Shown piece after piece: positions 30,761 to 53,098 of a stretch of DNA of 64,000 nucleotides. Source of the stretch: an uncultured Chloroflexia bacterium (lineage in GTDB: Bacteria > Chloroflexota > Limnocylindria > Limnocylindrales > CSP1-4). The notes under the pieces are model-generated. The model saw only the letters and a program-made list of their open reading frames with translations. It was not told where the DNA came from and searched no databases. A program made the translations under genes and the position numbers. The stretch's first letter is position 1; each line of letters begins with the position of its first letter. Location: NCBI GenBank assembly GCA_963757055.1, contig CAVWPX010000006.1, positions 361,853-425,852 of the forward strand. Direction: 5' to 3'.

Positions 30761-31444
30761 TCAGACCCCCGTCCCGGCCGGTGCCGGCACGTTCAGGTCG
30801 CGGGCGGGCACGCGCTCGGGCGCGATGTCGCCGCGGTAGATCCAGACCTTGACGCCGATGCGGCCGTAGGTCGTGTGGGCGTGGACCTGGCCGTAGCTGA
30901 TGTCGGCCCGAAGGGTCCCCAGCGGGATGCGCCCTTCCTTGTCCCACTCGCGACGGCCCATCTCCGAGCCGCCGAGGCGGCCGGCGACGGCGATCTTGAC
31001 GCCCTTCGCCCCGGCCTTCATCGAGCGCTGGATGGCCTGCTTCATCGCCTTCTTGAAGGCGATGCGGCGGCTCAGCTGGCCGGCGATGTTCATGGCCACG
31101 AGGTAGGCGTCGAGCTCGGGCTGGCGGATCTCCTTGATCTCCAGCTTGACCTTGCGGTCGGTGAGCGCGCCGACCTGCTGACGCAGGATCTCGACGTTCG
31201 CGCCGCCCTTGCCGATGACGATCCCCGGCTTGGCCGTGTGGATCGTGACCGTCACGTGGTTGATGCCGCGCTCCACCTCGACGCCGCTGACGCTGGCGTT
31301 GGCCAGGCGGCGGTCGATCAGCTGGCGGATCGCGATGTCCTCCTTGAGCGAGGACGTGTATTCCTTGTTATCCGCATACCACTTCGCGGTCCAGGTGCGC
31401 GAGACACCGAGGCGGAAGCCGTATGGATGGACCTTGTGTCCCAT
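30761..31444 (-). CDS. rpsC: 30S ribosomal protein S3
   Basis: [32 protein letters not shown]. Confidence 0.98.
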   Translation of the reverse strand: MGHKVHPYGFRLGVSRTWTAKWYADNKEYTSSLKEDIAIRQLIDRRLANASVSGVEVERGINHVTVTIHTAKPGIVIGKGGANVEILRQQVGALTDRKVKLEIKEIRQPELDAYLVAMNIAGQLSRRIAFKKAMKQAIQRSMKAGAKGVKIAVAGRLGGSEMGRREWDKEGRIPLGTLRADISYGQVHAHTTYGRIGVKVWIYRGDIAPERVPARDLNVPAPAGTGV

Positions 31445-31445
31445 G

Positions 31446-31784
31446 TCAGGCCTCCTGGTCCGCGACGACGATGGTGATGTGGGTCATGGGCTTGTGGATG
31501 GGGAACGCGCGACCCTGCGCTCTCGGGCGGAAGCGCTTGATCGTCGGGCCCTCATCGGCGACGGCGTCGAGGACGATGAGGTCCTCGGCCGACAGGTTGT
31601 GGTTGTTCTCGGCGTTCGCGGTCGCGCTGTGGAGCACGCGCGCGACGTCCTTGGCGGCGTACTGCGGCATGAACTTCAGCAATGCCGCAGCCTCCTCGAC
31701 GGGCTTGCCCTTGATGGCCGTCGTGACCAGTCGGGCCTTGCGGGTCGAGCCGCGAAGGTACTTGGCGGTAGCGGAAACACGCAC
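31446..31784 (-). CDS. rplV: 50S ribosomal protein L22
   Basis: RKARLV, SATANAENN, RPRAQGRA. Confidence 0.97.
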   Translation of the reverse strand: MRVSATAKYLRGSTRKARLVTTAIKGKPVEEAAALLKFMPQYAAKDVARVLHSATANAENNHNLSAEDLIVLDAVADEGPTIKRFRPRAQGRAFPIHKPMTHITIVVADQEA

Positions 31785-31797
31785 GGTCTGGTCGCTC

Positions 31798-32082
31798 CTA
31801 CTTCAGCGCCAGCGACCGCTCGGTGTGCTTGCCATGCCCGCGGTAGTTGCGGGTGGGGCTGAACTCACCGAGGCGATGTCCGACCATGTTCTCGGTCACG
31901 TAGACCGGGACGTGCTTCTTGCCGTTGTAGACGGCGATGGTGTGGCCGATGAACGTCGGGAAGATCACCGACGCGCGCGACCAGGTCTTGACGACCTTCT
32001 TCTCGTTGCGCTTGTTCATCTCCTCGATGCGGCCGAGGAGTCGGGCCTCCACGAAGGGGCCCTTCTTGATGGAACGGGACAT
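31798..32082 (-). CDS. rpsS: 30S ribosomal protein S19
   Basis: [24 protein letters not shown]. Confidence 0.98.
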   Translation of the reverse strand: MSRSIKKGPFVEARLLGRIEEMNKRNEKKVVKTWSRASVIFPTFIGHTIAVYNGKKHVPVYVTENMVGHRLGEFSPTRNYRGHGKHTERSLALK

Positions 32083-32099
32083 CGGCTCCTACCTCCCCG

Positions 32100-32927
32100 C
32101 TACTTGCGATGCCGTGACCGGACGATGAGACGTCCGGTCGTCTTCGACCGCCGGGTGCGATAGCCCATGGCGGGCTTGCCCCACGGGGTCTTGGGCGGCA
32201 TCCCGGTCGGGGACTTGCCCTCACCACCGCCGTGCGGATGGTCACGCGGATTCATGACGACGCCTCGGACCTCCGGCCGCTGGCCGAGGTGCCGGGCGCG
32301 GCCGGCCTTGCCGAGGTTCTGGTTCTCGTGGTCGAGGTTGCTCACCTGGCCCACGGTGGCCATGCACTTGATGCTGACGCGGCGGACCTCGCCCGACGGC
32401 AGGCGGACCTGGGCGTACTCGCCTTCCTTGGCGAGCAGCTGGGCCGAGGTGCCGGCGGAGCGCACGATCTGACCGCCCTTGCCGGGGATCAGCTCGATGT
32501 TGTGGATCGTCGTGCCGAGCGGGATGTTCGAGATCGGCAGCGCGTTGCCCAGCCGCGCCTCGGCATCCGGGCCGGCGACGACGACGTCACCCACCTTCAT
32601 GCCGTGGGGCAGGAGCATGTAGCGCTTCTCGCCGTCGCGGTAGTGGAGCAGGCCGATCCGCGCGGAGCGGTTCGGGTCGTACTCGATGGTCGCGAGCCGC
32701 GCGGGCACGCCGACCTTGTTCCGCTTGAAGTCGATGATGCGGTAGTGCTGCTTCTCGCCGCCGCCGCGATGGCGGACCGTGAGGCGCCCGGCGTTGTTGC
32801 GCCCGGACCCGCGGATCTGCTTCTCGAGCAGGGGCTTGTGCGGCTCCTTGGTGGTGATCTCCTCGAAGGTCGAGCGAGTCATCTGCCGGAGCCCCGGCGA
32901 GGTGGCCTTGTAGCTGCGAAGCGGCAT
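32100..32927 (-). CDS. rplB: 50S ribosomal protein L2
   Basis: [27 protein letters not shown]. Confidence 0.98.
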   Translation of the reverse strand: MPLRSYKATSPGLRQMTRSTFEEITTKEPHKPLLEKQIRGSGRNNAGRLTVRHRGGGEKQHYRIIDFKRNKVGVPARLATIEYDPNRSARIGLLHYRDGEKRYMLLPHGMKVGDVVVAGPDAEARLGNALPISNIPLGTTIHNIELIPGKGGQIVRSAGTSAQLLAKEGEYAQVRLPSGEVRRVSIKCMATVGQVSNLDHENQNLGKAGRARHLGQRPEVRGVVMNPRDHPHGGGEGKSPTGMPPKTPWGKPAMGYRTRRSKTTGRLIVRSRHRK

Positions 32928-32929
32928 CG

Positions 32930-33244
32930 TCAGACCCCCTCGAAGAATTCGATCTTCTGGCCGGGGGCCAGCGTGACGATGGCCTTGCGCCAGGGCGTGG
33001 TGTGGCCGACGATGCGGCCCCGCTTGGTCCCGCGGCGCTTCTCCTTGGCCTTCGTGGTCAGGACGTTGACCGCGATGACCGTCACCTTCTCCTTCTTGTA
33101 GAGCTCCTCGATCGCCGCCTTGATCTGGATCTTGTTGGCGTCGTGGTGCACGGCGAAGGTGTACTTGCCCCGGCCGGACTCGTCGATGGACTTCTCGCTG
33201 ATGACGGGGCGCAGGATGATCTCCGGCGCGGTCAGGACGCTCAT
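32930..33244 (-). CDS. rplW: 50S ribosomal protein L23
   Basis: [22 protein letters not shown]. Confidence 0.97.
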   Translation of the reverse strand: MSVLTAPEIILRPVISEKSIDESGRGKYTFAVHHDANKIQIKAAIEELYKKEKVTVIAVNVLTTKAKEKRRGTKRGRIVGHTTPWRKAIVTLAPGQKIEFFEGV

Positions 33245-33864
33245 GCGTAGACCTCCTGCATGCGAGCCAGGGAGGCCTCCTCGATGAGCACGACGTCGGC
33301 CTTCAGCAGGTCCACGACGTTGAGCGAGTCGGCGAGGATGACCTCGACCGTCGGCAGGTTGCGCGCCGAGAGCTCGAGCTTCTCGTCACGGGCCGGCGAC
33401 ACGACCAGCACGCGACCCGACGCCGACAGGGCGCCGAGCACCCCGGCGAGGTCGCGCGTCCGGATCGCGTCGAGCCCGAACGTGTCGATGACCTTGATGG
33501 CCTCGTCGCCGAACTTCGCGGTGAGCGCGCCACGAAGGGCGAGCCGCTTCATCTTGCGCGGCAGCCGCTGCTCGTACGAGCGCGGATGCGGGCCGAACAC
33601 GGCGCCGCCGCCGCGGTAGTGCGGCGCGCTGACGGTGCCCTGGCGGGCGCGGCCGGTGCCCTTCTGGCGGTACGGCTTCTTGCCGCCGCCACGGACCTCG
33701 CCGCGGGTCTTGGTGTCGTGCGTGCCGGTCCGGCGACCGGCGAGCTGGGCGGTCACGACCTGGTGGAGGACGGCGGCATTGATCGGGGCCGCGAAGAGCT
33801 CGTCACTGAGCTCCACGCTGCCGACGGTCTTGCCGGTCTTGTCGTACAGGTTGGTCTGCGGCAT
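33241..33864 (-). CDS. rplD: 50S ribosomal protein L4
   Basis: [26 protein letters not shown]. Confidence 0.98.
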   Translation of the reverse strand: MPQTNLYDKTGKTVGSVELSDELFAAPINAAVLHQVVTAQLAGRRTGTHDTKTRGEVRGGGKKPYRQKGTGRARQGTVSAPHYRGGGAVFGPHPRSYEQRLPRKMKRLALRGALTAKFGDEAIKVIDTFGLDAIRTRDLAGVLGALSASGRVLVVSPARDEKLELSARNLPTVEVILADSLNVVDLLKADVVLIEEASLARMQEVYA

Positions 33865-33868
33865 CGCG

Positions 33869-34486
33869 TCAGGCCTTCTTCACGAGGATCAACGAGCCGC
33901 GCGCGCCGGGGAGGCTCCCCTTGACCAGCAGCAGGTTGCGATCGGTGTCGGCGCGCACGACGCGCACCTTCTTGATGGTGGTCCGCTCGTCGCCCATGTG
34001 GCCGGCCATCTTCAGGCCGCGGTAGACGCGGCCCGGGGTGGTGCCGGGGCCGATCGAGCCGGGCTCGCGATGGTGGTCGGAGCCGTGGGTCTTGGGACCG
34101 CGGTGGAAGTTGTGGCGCTTGATGTGGCCCGCGAAGCCCTTGCCCTTCGAGACGCCGGTCACGTCGACCTCGTCGCCGACGGCGAACAGGTCGCCGAGCG
34201 CGACGGTCTGGCCGACCTCGTACGCGCCGATGTCGTCCACCCGGAACTCGCGGATGGTGGCGACCTTGGGCAGGTCCTTGAGCTGGCCGGTCTCGGGCTT
34301 CGAGAGCTTCTTCGCCACCTCGGTGCCGAGCTGGACGGCCGTGTAGCCGTCCCGGTCCGTCGTGCGCAGGCGCGTGACGGTGTTGGGCTCGATGGAGACG
34401 ACGGAGACGGCGACCATGGTGCCGTCGTCCTCGAAGACCTGGGTCATGCCGACCTTGCGGCCGATCAGTCCGATGTTGCCCATCAC
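33869..34486 (-). CDS. rplC: 50S ribosomal protein L3
   Basis: [27 protein letters not shown]. Confidence 0.98.
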   Translation of the reverse strand: MMGNIGLIGRKVGMTQVFEDDGTMVAVSVVSIEPNTVTRLRTTDRDGYTAVQLGTEVAKKLSKPETGQLKDLPKVATIREFRVDDIGAYEVGQTVALGDLFAVGDEVDVTGVSKGKGFAGHIKRHNFHRGPKTHGSDHHREPGSIGPGTTPGRVYRGLKMAGHMGDERTTIKKVRVVRADTDRNLLLVKGSLPGARGSLILVKKA

Positions 34487-34791
34487 ATCTTGATCTCGAT
34501 GTCGACGCCAGCCGCCAGGCTGAGTCGCATCAGGGCGTCGACCGTCTTCGACGAGGGGTCCAGGATGTCCACGAGCCGCTTGTGGGTGCGGATCTCGAAC
34601 TGCTCCCGGCTGTCCTTGTCGATGAACGGGGACCGCAGGACCGTGAACTTCTCGATGCGGGTCGGGAGCGGCACGGGGCCGACGACGTCCGCGCCGGTGC
34701 GCTGGGCCGTCTCGACGATCTGGGCCGCCGACTGATCGAGCAGTCGGTGATCGTAGGCCTTGAGGCGGATCCGGATCCGCTGCTTTGCCAT
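34483..34791 (-). CDS. rpsJ: 30S ribosomal protein S10
   Basis: [23 protein letters not shown]. Confidence 0.98.
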   Translation of the reverse strand: MAKQRIRIRLKAYDHRLLDQSAAQIVETAQRTGADVVGPVPLPTRIEKFTVLRSPFIDKDSREQFEIRTHKRLVDILDPSSKTVDALMRLSLAAGVDIEIKM

Positions 34792-34798
34792 CTCTTCC

Positions 34799-35996
<1,198 letters not shown>

Positions 35997-36017
35997 CTGG
36001 ACTGCTCCCGGCTCTGC

Positions 36018-38093
<2,076 letters not shown>

Positions 38094-38112
38094 GGTGCTT
38101 ATGCTCCCCGAG

Positions 38113-38580
38113 CTACCACTTGAAATGGCTGAACGCCTTGTTGGCGTCCGCCATCTTGTGCGTGTCTTCGCGACGCTTGACCGCCGCGCCGAGGCCGTTC
38201 ATGGCATCGACGAACTCGGCGGCGAGCTTCTCGCTCATGCTCTTGCCGTTGCGCTTGCGGGCCGCCTGGACGAGCCAGCGGACCCCGAGCGACATGCGGC
38301 GATCGCCCCGGATCTCGACCGGGACCTGATAGGTGGCGCCGCCGACGCGGCGCGGCTTGACTTCGATGATCGGCGTCGCGTTGCGCATCGCCGCCTCGAG
38401 GATCTCGAGGCCGGGGCGCGCGGCCTGGGCCTCGGCGCGGGCCAGCGCCTGGCGCAGGATCCGCTCGGCCAGGTTCTGCTTGCCGCCCTTCATCAGCTTC
38501 GCGGAGAAGCGCGCGGTCAGGCGGTTGGCCGGGATGGTCTCGTACTTCGACTTGCGCGGGATGCTCGTTCGGCGCGGCAT
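38113..38580 (-). CDS. rpsG: 30S ribosomal protein S7 (divergent N-terminus)
   Basis: [28 protein letters not shown]. Confidence 0.97.
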   Translation of the reverse strand: MPRRTSIPRKSKYETIPANRLTARFSAKLMKGGKQNLAERILRQALARAEAQAARPGLEILEAAMRNATPIIEVKPRRVGGATYQVPVEIRGDRRMSLGVRWLVQAARKRNGKSMSEKLAAEFVDAMNGLGAAVKRREDTHKMADANKAFSHFKW

Positions 38581-38581
38581 G

Positions 38582-39010
38582 TCAGCGGGCCCCCGGCTTC
38601 GCGGTGGCCTTCGCGCCGTACTTGCTGCGACCCTGCTTGCGGTCGCGCACGCCGGCCGCGTCGAGCGTGCCGCGGATGATGTGGTACTTGACCGAGGGGA
38701 GGTCCTTCACGCGGCCGCCGCGGACCAGGACGACCGAGTGCTCCTGGAGGTTATGGCCGATGCCCGGGATGTAGGCCGTGACCTCCATCTGGTTGGTCAG
38801 CCGCACGCGCGCGATCTTGCGCAGCGCCGAGTTCGGCTTCTTGGGCGTCATCGTCCGGACCTGCAGGCAGACACCCCGCTTCTGGGGGGCGCCGGGGATG
38901 GGTACCTGGCGCTGCCGCAGGCTGTTCCAGTTCTTGCGCATCGCCGGCGCCTTGATCTTGGAGATCTTGCGCTGGCGACCGTGTCGCACGAGCTGGCTGA
39001 TCGTCGGCAC
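38582..39010 (-). CDS. rpsL: 30S ribosomal protein S12
   Basis: [36 protein letters not shown]. Confidence 0.98.
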   Translation of the reverse strand: MPTISQLVRHGRQRKISKIKAPAMRKNWNSLRQRQVPIPGAPQKRGVCLQVRTMTPKKPNSALRKIARVRLTNQMEVTAYIPGIGHNLQEHSVVLVRGGRVKDLPSVKYHIIRGTLDAAGVRDRKQGRSKYGAKATAKPGAR

Positions 39011-39191
39011 GAAAACGCTGCTCCTCTCGTCGAGATGATCGGGTCACGGTCGTCGCCGACCGGCCGGTCCGGTGAGGCACGATCGCCTGGGGGCGACCGG
39101 CGGGGACCGGTTCAGGATGGAAGACTGGTGTGGTCAGGTGGTCTGCGGCGCGCACGCCGCTGGCGGACCCCTCCCGAGGCCACGAAGGCGG

Positions 39192-39221
39192 AGTCTATCA
39201 GCGGCTCGCTGAGCGTGTCAA
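39192..39221 (-). promoter_or_regulatory. Sigma-A promoter of the str/S10/spc superoperon
   Basis: TTGACA (39221-39216), 18 nt spacer, TGaTAGACT (-10 at 39197-39192). Confidence 0.8.
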
Positions 39222-39276
39222 ACGCTCGGCGGGCCGCCCCGAGGGCCCCGGCGGGACCCCCGGACCGGTCGCTGGA

Positions 39277-43782
<4,506 letters not shown>

Positions 43783-43902
43783 GGTTCTCCTCCGCGCTGC
43801 CGTCTGGCTCGGCAGCGCGATGCGGACCGTGAGCGAGCGGCGTCGTGCCGGCCGAAACGCGGCGCCGCGGGTGGTTCAGGGACGGGTGCGAGTGCAGGGC
43901 GA

Positions 43903-47382
<3,480 letters not shown>

Positions 47383-47443
47383 GAAGCACCACTCCTTGAC
47401 GGAGGCTTGGAAGGGGAAAGAGGGCCGCGCTCACAGAAGGAGT

Positions 47444-47502
47444 AGGATATCGCGATTCCTCATCTTGTCAAATGGCCCCAGTTCTGGTAAAGGGGCCTTT
47501 TT
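47444..47502 (-). promoter_or_regulatory. Dedicated rpoBC promoter with an adjacent hairpin
   Basis: TTGACA (47471-47466), 16 nt spacer, TATCCT (47449-47444). A GGCCCC..GGGGCC stem with a plus-strand T run lies immediately upstream. Confidence 0.65.
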
Positions 47503-47589
47503 CGGTTTCAAGCGTCGCCCTGGCCGGCTCCGTGGCGGTCATCCCGACGTGCGCCAGAGCCTGCAGTTCCGTGCGTCAGGAACAGCGAA

Positions 47590-47727
47590 GCCGGCTGGCC
47601 GGGCGGACAGCCGAGCCGCCGGCGAGCAGGCGCAGGCGGAGTCGAGCAAGCGACGCGAGCGCACCTGAAGGTGCGTGAGCGAGCGGCGGAGCGAGGCAAC
47701 GCACGGATGCGCCGCCCAGCCGCCGGC
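47590..47727. repeat. Dispersed palindromic intergenic element, copy 2
   Basis: Shares gagcaag..gcgagcgcacctgaaggtgcgtgagcgag..gcaacgcacg with copy 1; imperfect terminal arms. Boundaries approximate. Confidence 0.8.
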
Positions 47728-47743
47728 CGTACTCCAAGGCCGC

Positions 47744-48145
47744 TTACTTGATCTCGACCTTCCCCCCCTGCTCCTCGACGGCGGCCTTGATCTTCTCGGC
47801 CTCGTCCTTGGTCACGCCTTCCTTGACGGCCTTGGGCGCGGCGTCGACGAGATCCTTGGCCTCCTTGAGGCCGAGGCCGGTCAGCTCGCGGACGACCTTG
47901 ATGACCGGGATCTTGTTGGGCCCGATCTCGGTCAGGGTCGCGGTGAACTCGGTCTGCTCCTCGGGAGCGGCCGCGGCGCCGGCGCCGGCGTCACCACCAG
48001 CCGCGGCGGGGGCAGCGGCCGCAGCGGCCGGTGCCGCGGCGGTCACGCCGTAGCGCTCTTCGAACTTCTTGATGAACTCGGACAGCTCGAGGACGGTCAT
48101 CTTGTCGATCGCGTCGAGCAGCTCGTCCTGGGTCTTGGCAGCCAT
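47744..48145 (-). CDS. rplL: 50S ribosomal protein L7/L12
   Basis: [20 protein letters not shown]. Confidence 0.98.
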   Translation of the reverse strand: MAAKTQDELLDAIDKMTVLELSEFIKKFEERYGVTAAAPAAAAAAPAAAGGDAGAGAAAAPEEQTEFTATLTEIGPNKIPVIKVVRELTGLGLKEAKDLVDAAPKAVKEGVTKDEAEKIKAAVEEQGGKVEIK

Positions 48146-48202
48146 GGGGTCAGGTCTCCTTGTGTCGGTGTCGGTGTCGGGTGGGTCGTTCGGTGAAGGG
48201 CG

Positions 48203-48733
48203 CTACGCGCCGTCGGCCTTGGCCTTCTGCTCGGCCACCTGCGCGAGGGCATAGCCCAGGTTGCGCAGCGGCGCGGCGAAGAGGCCGGCCAGCGTCGAGA
48301 CGGGCGCCTGCATCCCGCCGGCCAGCTTGGCCAGCAGGACCTCGCGCGACGGCAGTGCCGCCAGCCGCGTGACGGCGTCGGCGTCGATCGCCTTGTCGCC
48401 CAGGACGGCCCCCGTGATCCGCACGATCTTGTTGTACGGACGGGTGGCGTCGAGGACGGCCTTGGCGGTCCCGGCTTCGTCGTTCCCGAACGCGATGGCG
48501 GTCGGGCCGATCAGGAGCGGGCTCAGGGCCTCGCCGACCGAATCCTCGGCGGCGATGCGCATCAGCCGGTTCTTGACCACGCGATAGCTGACGTCCTGCT
48601 TGCGCAGGGCGCGCCGGATCTCGGCGATCTCCTTCACCTTGAGGCCGCGGTACTCGGACACGATCAGCGTCCGGCTGTTGGCGAGATCCTCGCGCAGCTC
48701 GGCGACCGTGGCCTGTTTGGCCTCCGTGGGCAT
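48203..48733 (-). CDS. rplJ: 50S ribosomal protein L10
   Basis: [28 protein letters not shown]; SD AAGGAGG precedes ATG 48733. Confidence 0.97.
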   Translation of the reverse strand: MPTEAKQATVAELREDLANSRTLIVSEYRGLKVKEIAEIRRALRKQDVSYRVVKNRLMRIAAEDSVGEALSPLLIGPTAIAFGNDEAGTAKAVLDATRPYNKIVRITGAVLGDKAIDADAVTRLAALPSREVLLAKLAGGMQAPVSTLAGLFAAPLRNLGYALAQVAEQKAKADGA

Positions 48734-48890
48734 GTGGCCCTCCTTCGTTCGGCACGCAGCCGGCGTGCGGCGGTGGACGCCCGACCTGGTCGGTCGGGTG
48801 GCCCCTGCGACGGCCCTGACGACCTCCTCCCGAGGTTCGTCCCCACTCGCAGGGGCGCTGCCCACCCGGAGGGTGTGCGGCACCGATCTG

Positions 48891-49020
48891 CCTCGGCGTG
48901 CTCGTCGTCGTCCCCGGTCCCCTCCCCTTCGGGAAGGTCGCGGTCCGGTCCGGCGGATCAAGCTCCGACCGTCGACGACCTTCCGGTCGTCAGCGGTCCG
49001 CGAGCGCAGGCTGTCTGCGG
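48891..49020 (-). promoter_or_regulatory. L10 leader (rplJL autogenous control RNA), expanded
   Basis: Minus strand reads CCGCAGACAGC...hairpin...GCTTGA...GCCGAGG, matching the L10-leader consensus ends; lies upstream of rplJ. Confidence 0.65.
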
Positions 49021-49099
49021 CGGTCCGTCTTGTCTGGTCAGATGACCGGCCTCTCGGCCGTCATCGCGTCTGGTCGGCCGGCGTCCCGCCGGCCAGGGG

Positions 49100-49804
49100 T
49101 CAGGCCGCGGCCGCGGCCAGGACGCCCGGCAGGTCGACCCGGATGCCCGGGCCCATCGTGCTGGCGATCGTGAGGGTCTTGAGGTACTGGCCCTTGGCGC
49201 CCGAGGGCTTGGCGCGGTTGACCGCGTCGACCAGGGTCGCGAGGTTCTCGAGCAGCGCGGTCGCCTCGAAGCTGCTGCGACCGACGGCGACGTGGACGAT
49301 GCCGGCCTTGTCGACCTTGTACTCGACGCGGCCGGCCTTGACCTCCTTGATCGCGCGCTCGAGGTCGAAGGTGATCGTCCCGGCCTTGGGGTTCGGCATC
49401 AGGCCGCGCCGGCCGAGGATCTTGCCGAGCTTGCCGACCAGGCCCATCGAGTCGGGGGTCGCGAGCGCGACGTCGAACTCGAGCCAGCCGGCCTCGATCT
49501 TCTTGACGAGGTCGTCGCCGCCGACCTCGTCGGCGCCGGCCCGCAGGGCCTCCTGGGCCTTCTCGCCGGTGGCGAAGACCGCCACGCGGACGACCTTGCC
49601 GGTCCCGTGCGGGAGGACGACCGTGCCGCGGACGAGCTGGTCCGCGTGACGCGGGTCGACGCCGAGCCGCAGGTGCGCCTCGACGGTCGCGTCGAACGAG
49701 ACGGTGGTGGTCTGCTTGACGAGCTCGACCGCCTCGCCGGGCTCGTAGACGCGGCCGTGCTCGACGAGCTTGGCCGCCTCGATGTACTTCTTGCCGTGTG
49801 CCAT
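49100..49804 (-). CDS. rplA: 50S ribosomal protein L1
   Basis: [33 protein letters not shown]. Confidence 0.98.
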   Translation of the reverse strand: MAHGKKYIEAAKLVEHGRVYEPGEAVELVKQTTTVSFDATVEAHLRLGVDPRHADQLVRGTVVLPHGTGKVVRVAVFATGEKAQEALRAGADEVGGDDLVKKIEAGWLEFDVALATPDSMGLVGKLGKILGRRGLMPNPKAGTITFDLERAIKEVKAGRVEYKVDKAGIVHVAVGRSSFEATALLENLATLVDAVNRAKPSGAKGQYLKTLTIASTMGPGIRVDLPGVLAAAAA

Positions 49805-49814
49805 GTGAACCTCC

Positions 49815-49842
49815 TGGCGGTCGGGCGGACCCGACCTCCCCC
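49815..49842 (-). promoter_or_regulatory. Putative L1-binding site upstream of rplA
   Basis: GGGAGG-TCGGG-tccg-CCCGA-CC-GCCA directly abuts the rplA SD and fits the GGGAG..GCYA L1 target motif. Confidence 0.6.
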
Positions 49843-49906
49843 TTGCGCGGGGTGGGCGTCCGGCTGGTCTGCGCGGCCGGTCGCGCGTCGCTGGCGGGCG
49901 GACCGC

Positions 49907-50332
49907 CTAGTTGACGACCTCGATGCCCATGCTCCGGGCCGTGCCCTCGATCTGGCGGGCGGCGGCCTCGACGTCGTTGGCGTTGAGGTCGACCATCTTG
50001 ATCGCCGCGATCTCGCGGACCTGGTCGCGGGTCACGCGCCCGACGCTCTCGCGCTTGGCGGTGCCGCTCCCCTTGTCGACGCCGGCTGCCTTGCGGAGCA
50101 GGTCGGCCGCGGGCGGGGTCTTGAGGACGAACGAGAACGAGCGGTCCTCGAAGATCGTGATCTGGGCCGGGATGATCTGGCCCGACTTGTCGGCGGTCTT
50201 CTCGTTGTAGGACTTCGTGAACTCGACGATGTTGATGCCGTGCGGGCCCAGCGCCGTCCCGACGGGCGGGGCGGGGGTCGCCTTGCCGGCCGGCAGCTGC
50301 AGGGTGAGGACGATGCGGATCTTCTTGGCCAC
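49907..50332 (-). CDS. rplK: 50S ribosomal protein L11
   Basis: [20 protein letters not shown]. Confidence 0.98.
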   Translation of the reverse strand: MAKKIRIVLTLQLPAGKATPAPPVGTALGPHGINIVEFTKSYNEKTADKSGQIIPAQITIFEDRSFSFVLKTPPAADLLRKAAGVDKGSGTAKRESVGRVTRDQVREIAAIKMVDLNANDVEAAARQIEGTARSMGIEVVN

Positions 50333-50350
50333 GGGGCTCGCGGTTCCTTT

Positions 50351-50923
50351 CTAGAGTTTCTCGACTTGCAGGAAGTCGAGTTCGACGGGGGTCTCGCGGC
50401 CGAAGATGCTCACCAGCACCTTGACCTTGTTGCGCTCGGGGTTGACCTCGTCGACCGTGCCGATGAACTCGGCGAACGGCCCGTCGGTGACCCGGACGCT
50501 CTGGCCCTTGGTGAAGGCGACGCGGAACTTGGGCGTCTCGACGCCCATGTGCCGCAGGATCTGCTTGACCTCGTTCTCGTCGAGGGGGATGGGCTCGCTG
50601 CGGACGCCCGGGATGTTGGCGCCGCCGACGAAGCTGGTGACGCCCGGCGTGTTGCGGACGACGAACCAGCTGTCCGGGTCGAGGATCATCTCGACGAGGA
50701 CGTAGCCCGGGTAGACCTTCTTCTGGACGGTGTGGCGCTGACCCTGGCGGATCTCGATCTCGTCCTCCATCGGGACGAGCACCTGGAAGATCTTGTCCTC
50801 CATGCCCATCGACTCGATGCGGTGCTCGAGGTTGGCCTTGACCTTGTTCTCGTAGCCGGAGTACGTGTGGATCACGTACCAGCGCTTCTCGGGCGTGCGG
50901 GTCTCGATCGTCATCTCGGTCAT
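50351..50923 (-). CDS. nusG: Transcription termination/antitermination factor NusG
   Basis: [22 protein letters not shown] motif, [10 protein letters not shown]. Confidence 0.98.
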   Translation of the reverse strand: MTEMTIETRTPEKRWYVIHTYSGYENKVKANLEHRIESMGMEDKIFQVLVPMEDEIEIRQGQRHTVQKKVYPGYVLVEMILDPDSWFVVRNTPGVTSFVGGANIPGVRSEPIPLDENEVKQILRHMGVETPKFRVAFTKGQSVRVTDGPFAEFIGTVDEVNPERNKVKVLVSIFGRETPVELDFLQVEKL

Positions 50924-50932
50924 GTCGTCGTC

Positions 50933-51121
50933 CTAGCTCGCCTTCGCCATGAGACCGATGATGCCTCGGAAGATGCTGTCGAGGACGGTGATATAGATCC
51001 CGATCACGAAGCTGATGGCGAAGACCAGCACGGTCAGGTTGCGGACCTGCTCGAGCGTCGGCCAGGACACCTTGCGGAGCTCGGACACGACTTCACTGAA
51101 GTATCGGCGGAAGCGCTTCAC
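50933..51121 (-). CDS. secE: Preprotein translocase SecE
   Basis: ELRKVSWPT followed by a TM helix. Confidence 0.95.
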   Translation of the reverse strand: MKRFRRYFSEVVSELRKVSWPTLEQVRNLTVLVFAISFVIGIYITVLDSIFRGIIGLMAKAS

Positions 51122-51155
51122 GTCGGTGGTTCTTCTCTTCGGCTACGGACGGGGA

Positions 51156-51231
51156 TGGCAGGGGCGATAGGACTCGAACCTACAACCGCTGGTTTTGGAG
51201 ACCAGTGCTCTGCCAATTGAGCTACACCCCT
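51156..51231 (-). tRNA. tRNA-Trp (CCA)
   Basis: AGGGGTGTAGCTCAATTGGCAGAGCACTGGTCT-CCA-AAACCAG..GTTCGAGTC..CCCCTGCCA; 76 nt. Confidence 0.97.
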
Positions 51232-51247
51232 GCGGTGGAGGCCTGGC

Positions 51248-51412
51248 TTACTTGGCCTCACGGTGCAGTGTATGGCGTCGACAGCGTGGGCAGTATTTCT
51301 GGAGCTCGATCCGGTTCGGATCGTTGCGCTTGTTCTTGCGCGTGGTGTACGTCCGCTCCTTGCACTCGGTGCAGGCGAGCTGGATCGTGGGACGGGCTTC
51401 GACTTTTGCCAT
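51248..51412 (-). CDS. rpmG: 50S ribosomal protein L33, Zn type (not in the ORF track)
   Basis: Manual translation [54 protein letters not shown]. Confidence 0.97.
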   Translation of the reverse strand: MAKVEARPTIQLACTECKERTYTTRKNKRNDPNRIELQKYCPRCRRHTLHREAK

Positions 51413-51419
51413 CTCTTCC

Positions 51420-52616
<1,197 letters not shown>

Positions 52617-52692
52617 GTGACCGTGTTCTCCTTTGTCGCGGCGATGCCGCTGTGGACCGGGGCTCCCCCGATCGGCTCGGGCCGAAAGTGGG

Positions 52693-52768
52693 TGGAGCCC
52701 ACAATCGGACTCGAACCGATGACCTCTTCCTTACCAAGGAAGTGCTCTGCCAGCTGAGCTATGTGGGC
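52693..52768 (-). tRNA. tRNA-Thr (GGT)
   Basis: GCCCACATAGCTCAG..CTTCCTT-GGT-AAGGAAG..GTTCGAGTC..GTGGGCTCCA; 76 nt. Confidence 0.97.
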
Positions 52769-52796
52769 CCGGGAGCTAGCGCGAGAGATGACGAAG

Positions 52797-52878
52797 TGGT
52801 GGGCCGGGAGGGATTCGAACCCCCATGCCTTTCGGACCTGGTCTACAGCCAGGCGAGCCGCCGTTGCTCAACCGACCC
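52797..52878 (-). tRNA. tRNA-Tyr (GTA), atypical D-arm
   Basis: GGGTCGG-TT-GAGC-AACGGCG-GCTC-G-CCTGG-CTGTAGA-CCAGG-TCCGAAAGGCAT-GGGGG-TTCGAAT-CCCTC-CCGGCCC-ACCA; 82 nt. Confidence 0.92.
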
Positions 52879-52944
52879 ACTGTAGCGGCGGAGCCGGATC
52901 GAGCTGCGGCCCGTGGAAGATCCGACCACCGGTTGGATGTGCGC

Positions 52945-53020
52945 TGGAGCCGACGACGGGACTCGAACCCGGAACCTGCGGTTTACAAAACCGCTGCTCT
53001 ACCAATTGAGCTACGTCGGC
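52945..53020 (-). tRNA. tRNA-Thr (TGT)
   Basis: GCCGACGTAGCTCAATTGGTAGAGCAGCGGTTT-TGT-AAACCGC..GTTCGAGTC..GTCGGCTCCA; 76 nt. Confidence 0.96.
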
Positions 53021-53068
53021 GCGACGGGCAGGGCCTTACCGCAGGAGGACCGGTTCCGGCGCCGGGGA

Positions 53069-53098
53069 ATGATATGGCCGCCCGCGTCGGCCGGTCAA
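53069..53098 (-). promoter_or_regulatory. Sigma-A promoter of the tRNA-tuf operon
   Basis: TTGACC (53098-53093, overlapping the rlmB stop), 18 nt spacer, TATCAT (53074-53069), then a GC-rich discriminator. Confidence 0.72.

Noticed and set aside
52945-53020. C-U mismatch at the base of the tRNA-Thr(TGT) T-stem
   Set aside because: A single mismatch in an otherwise canonical tRNA is tolerated or is a base-call error.
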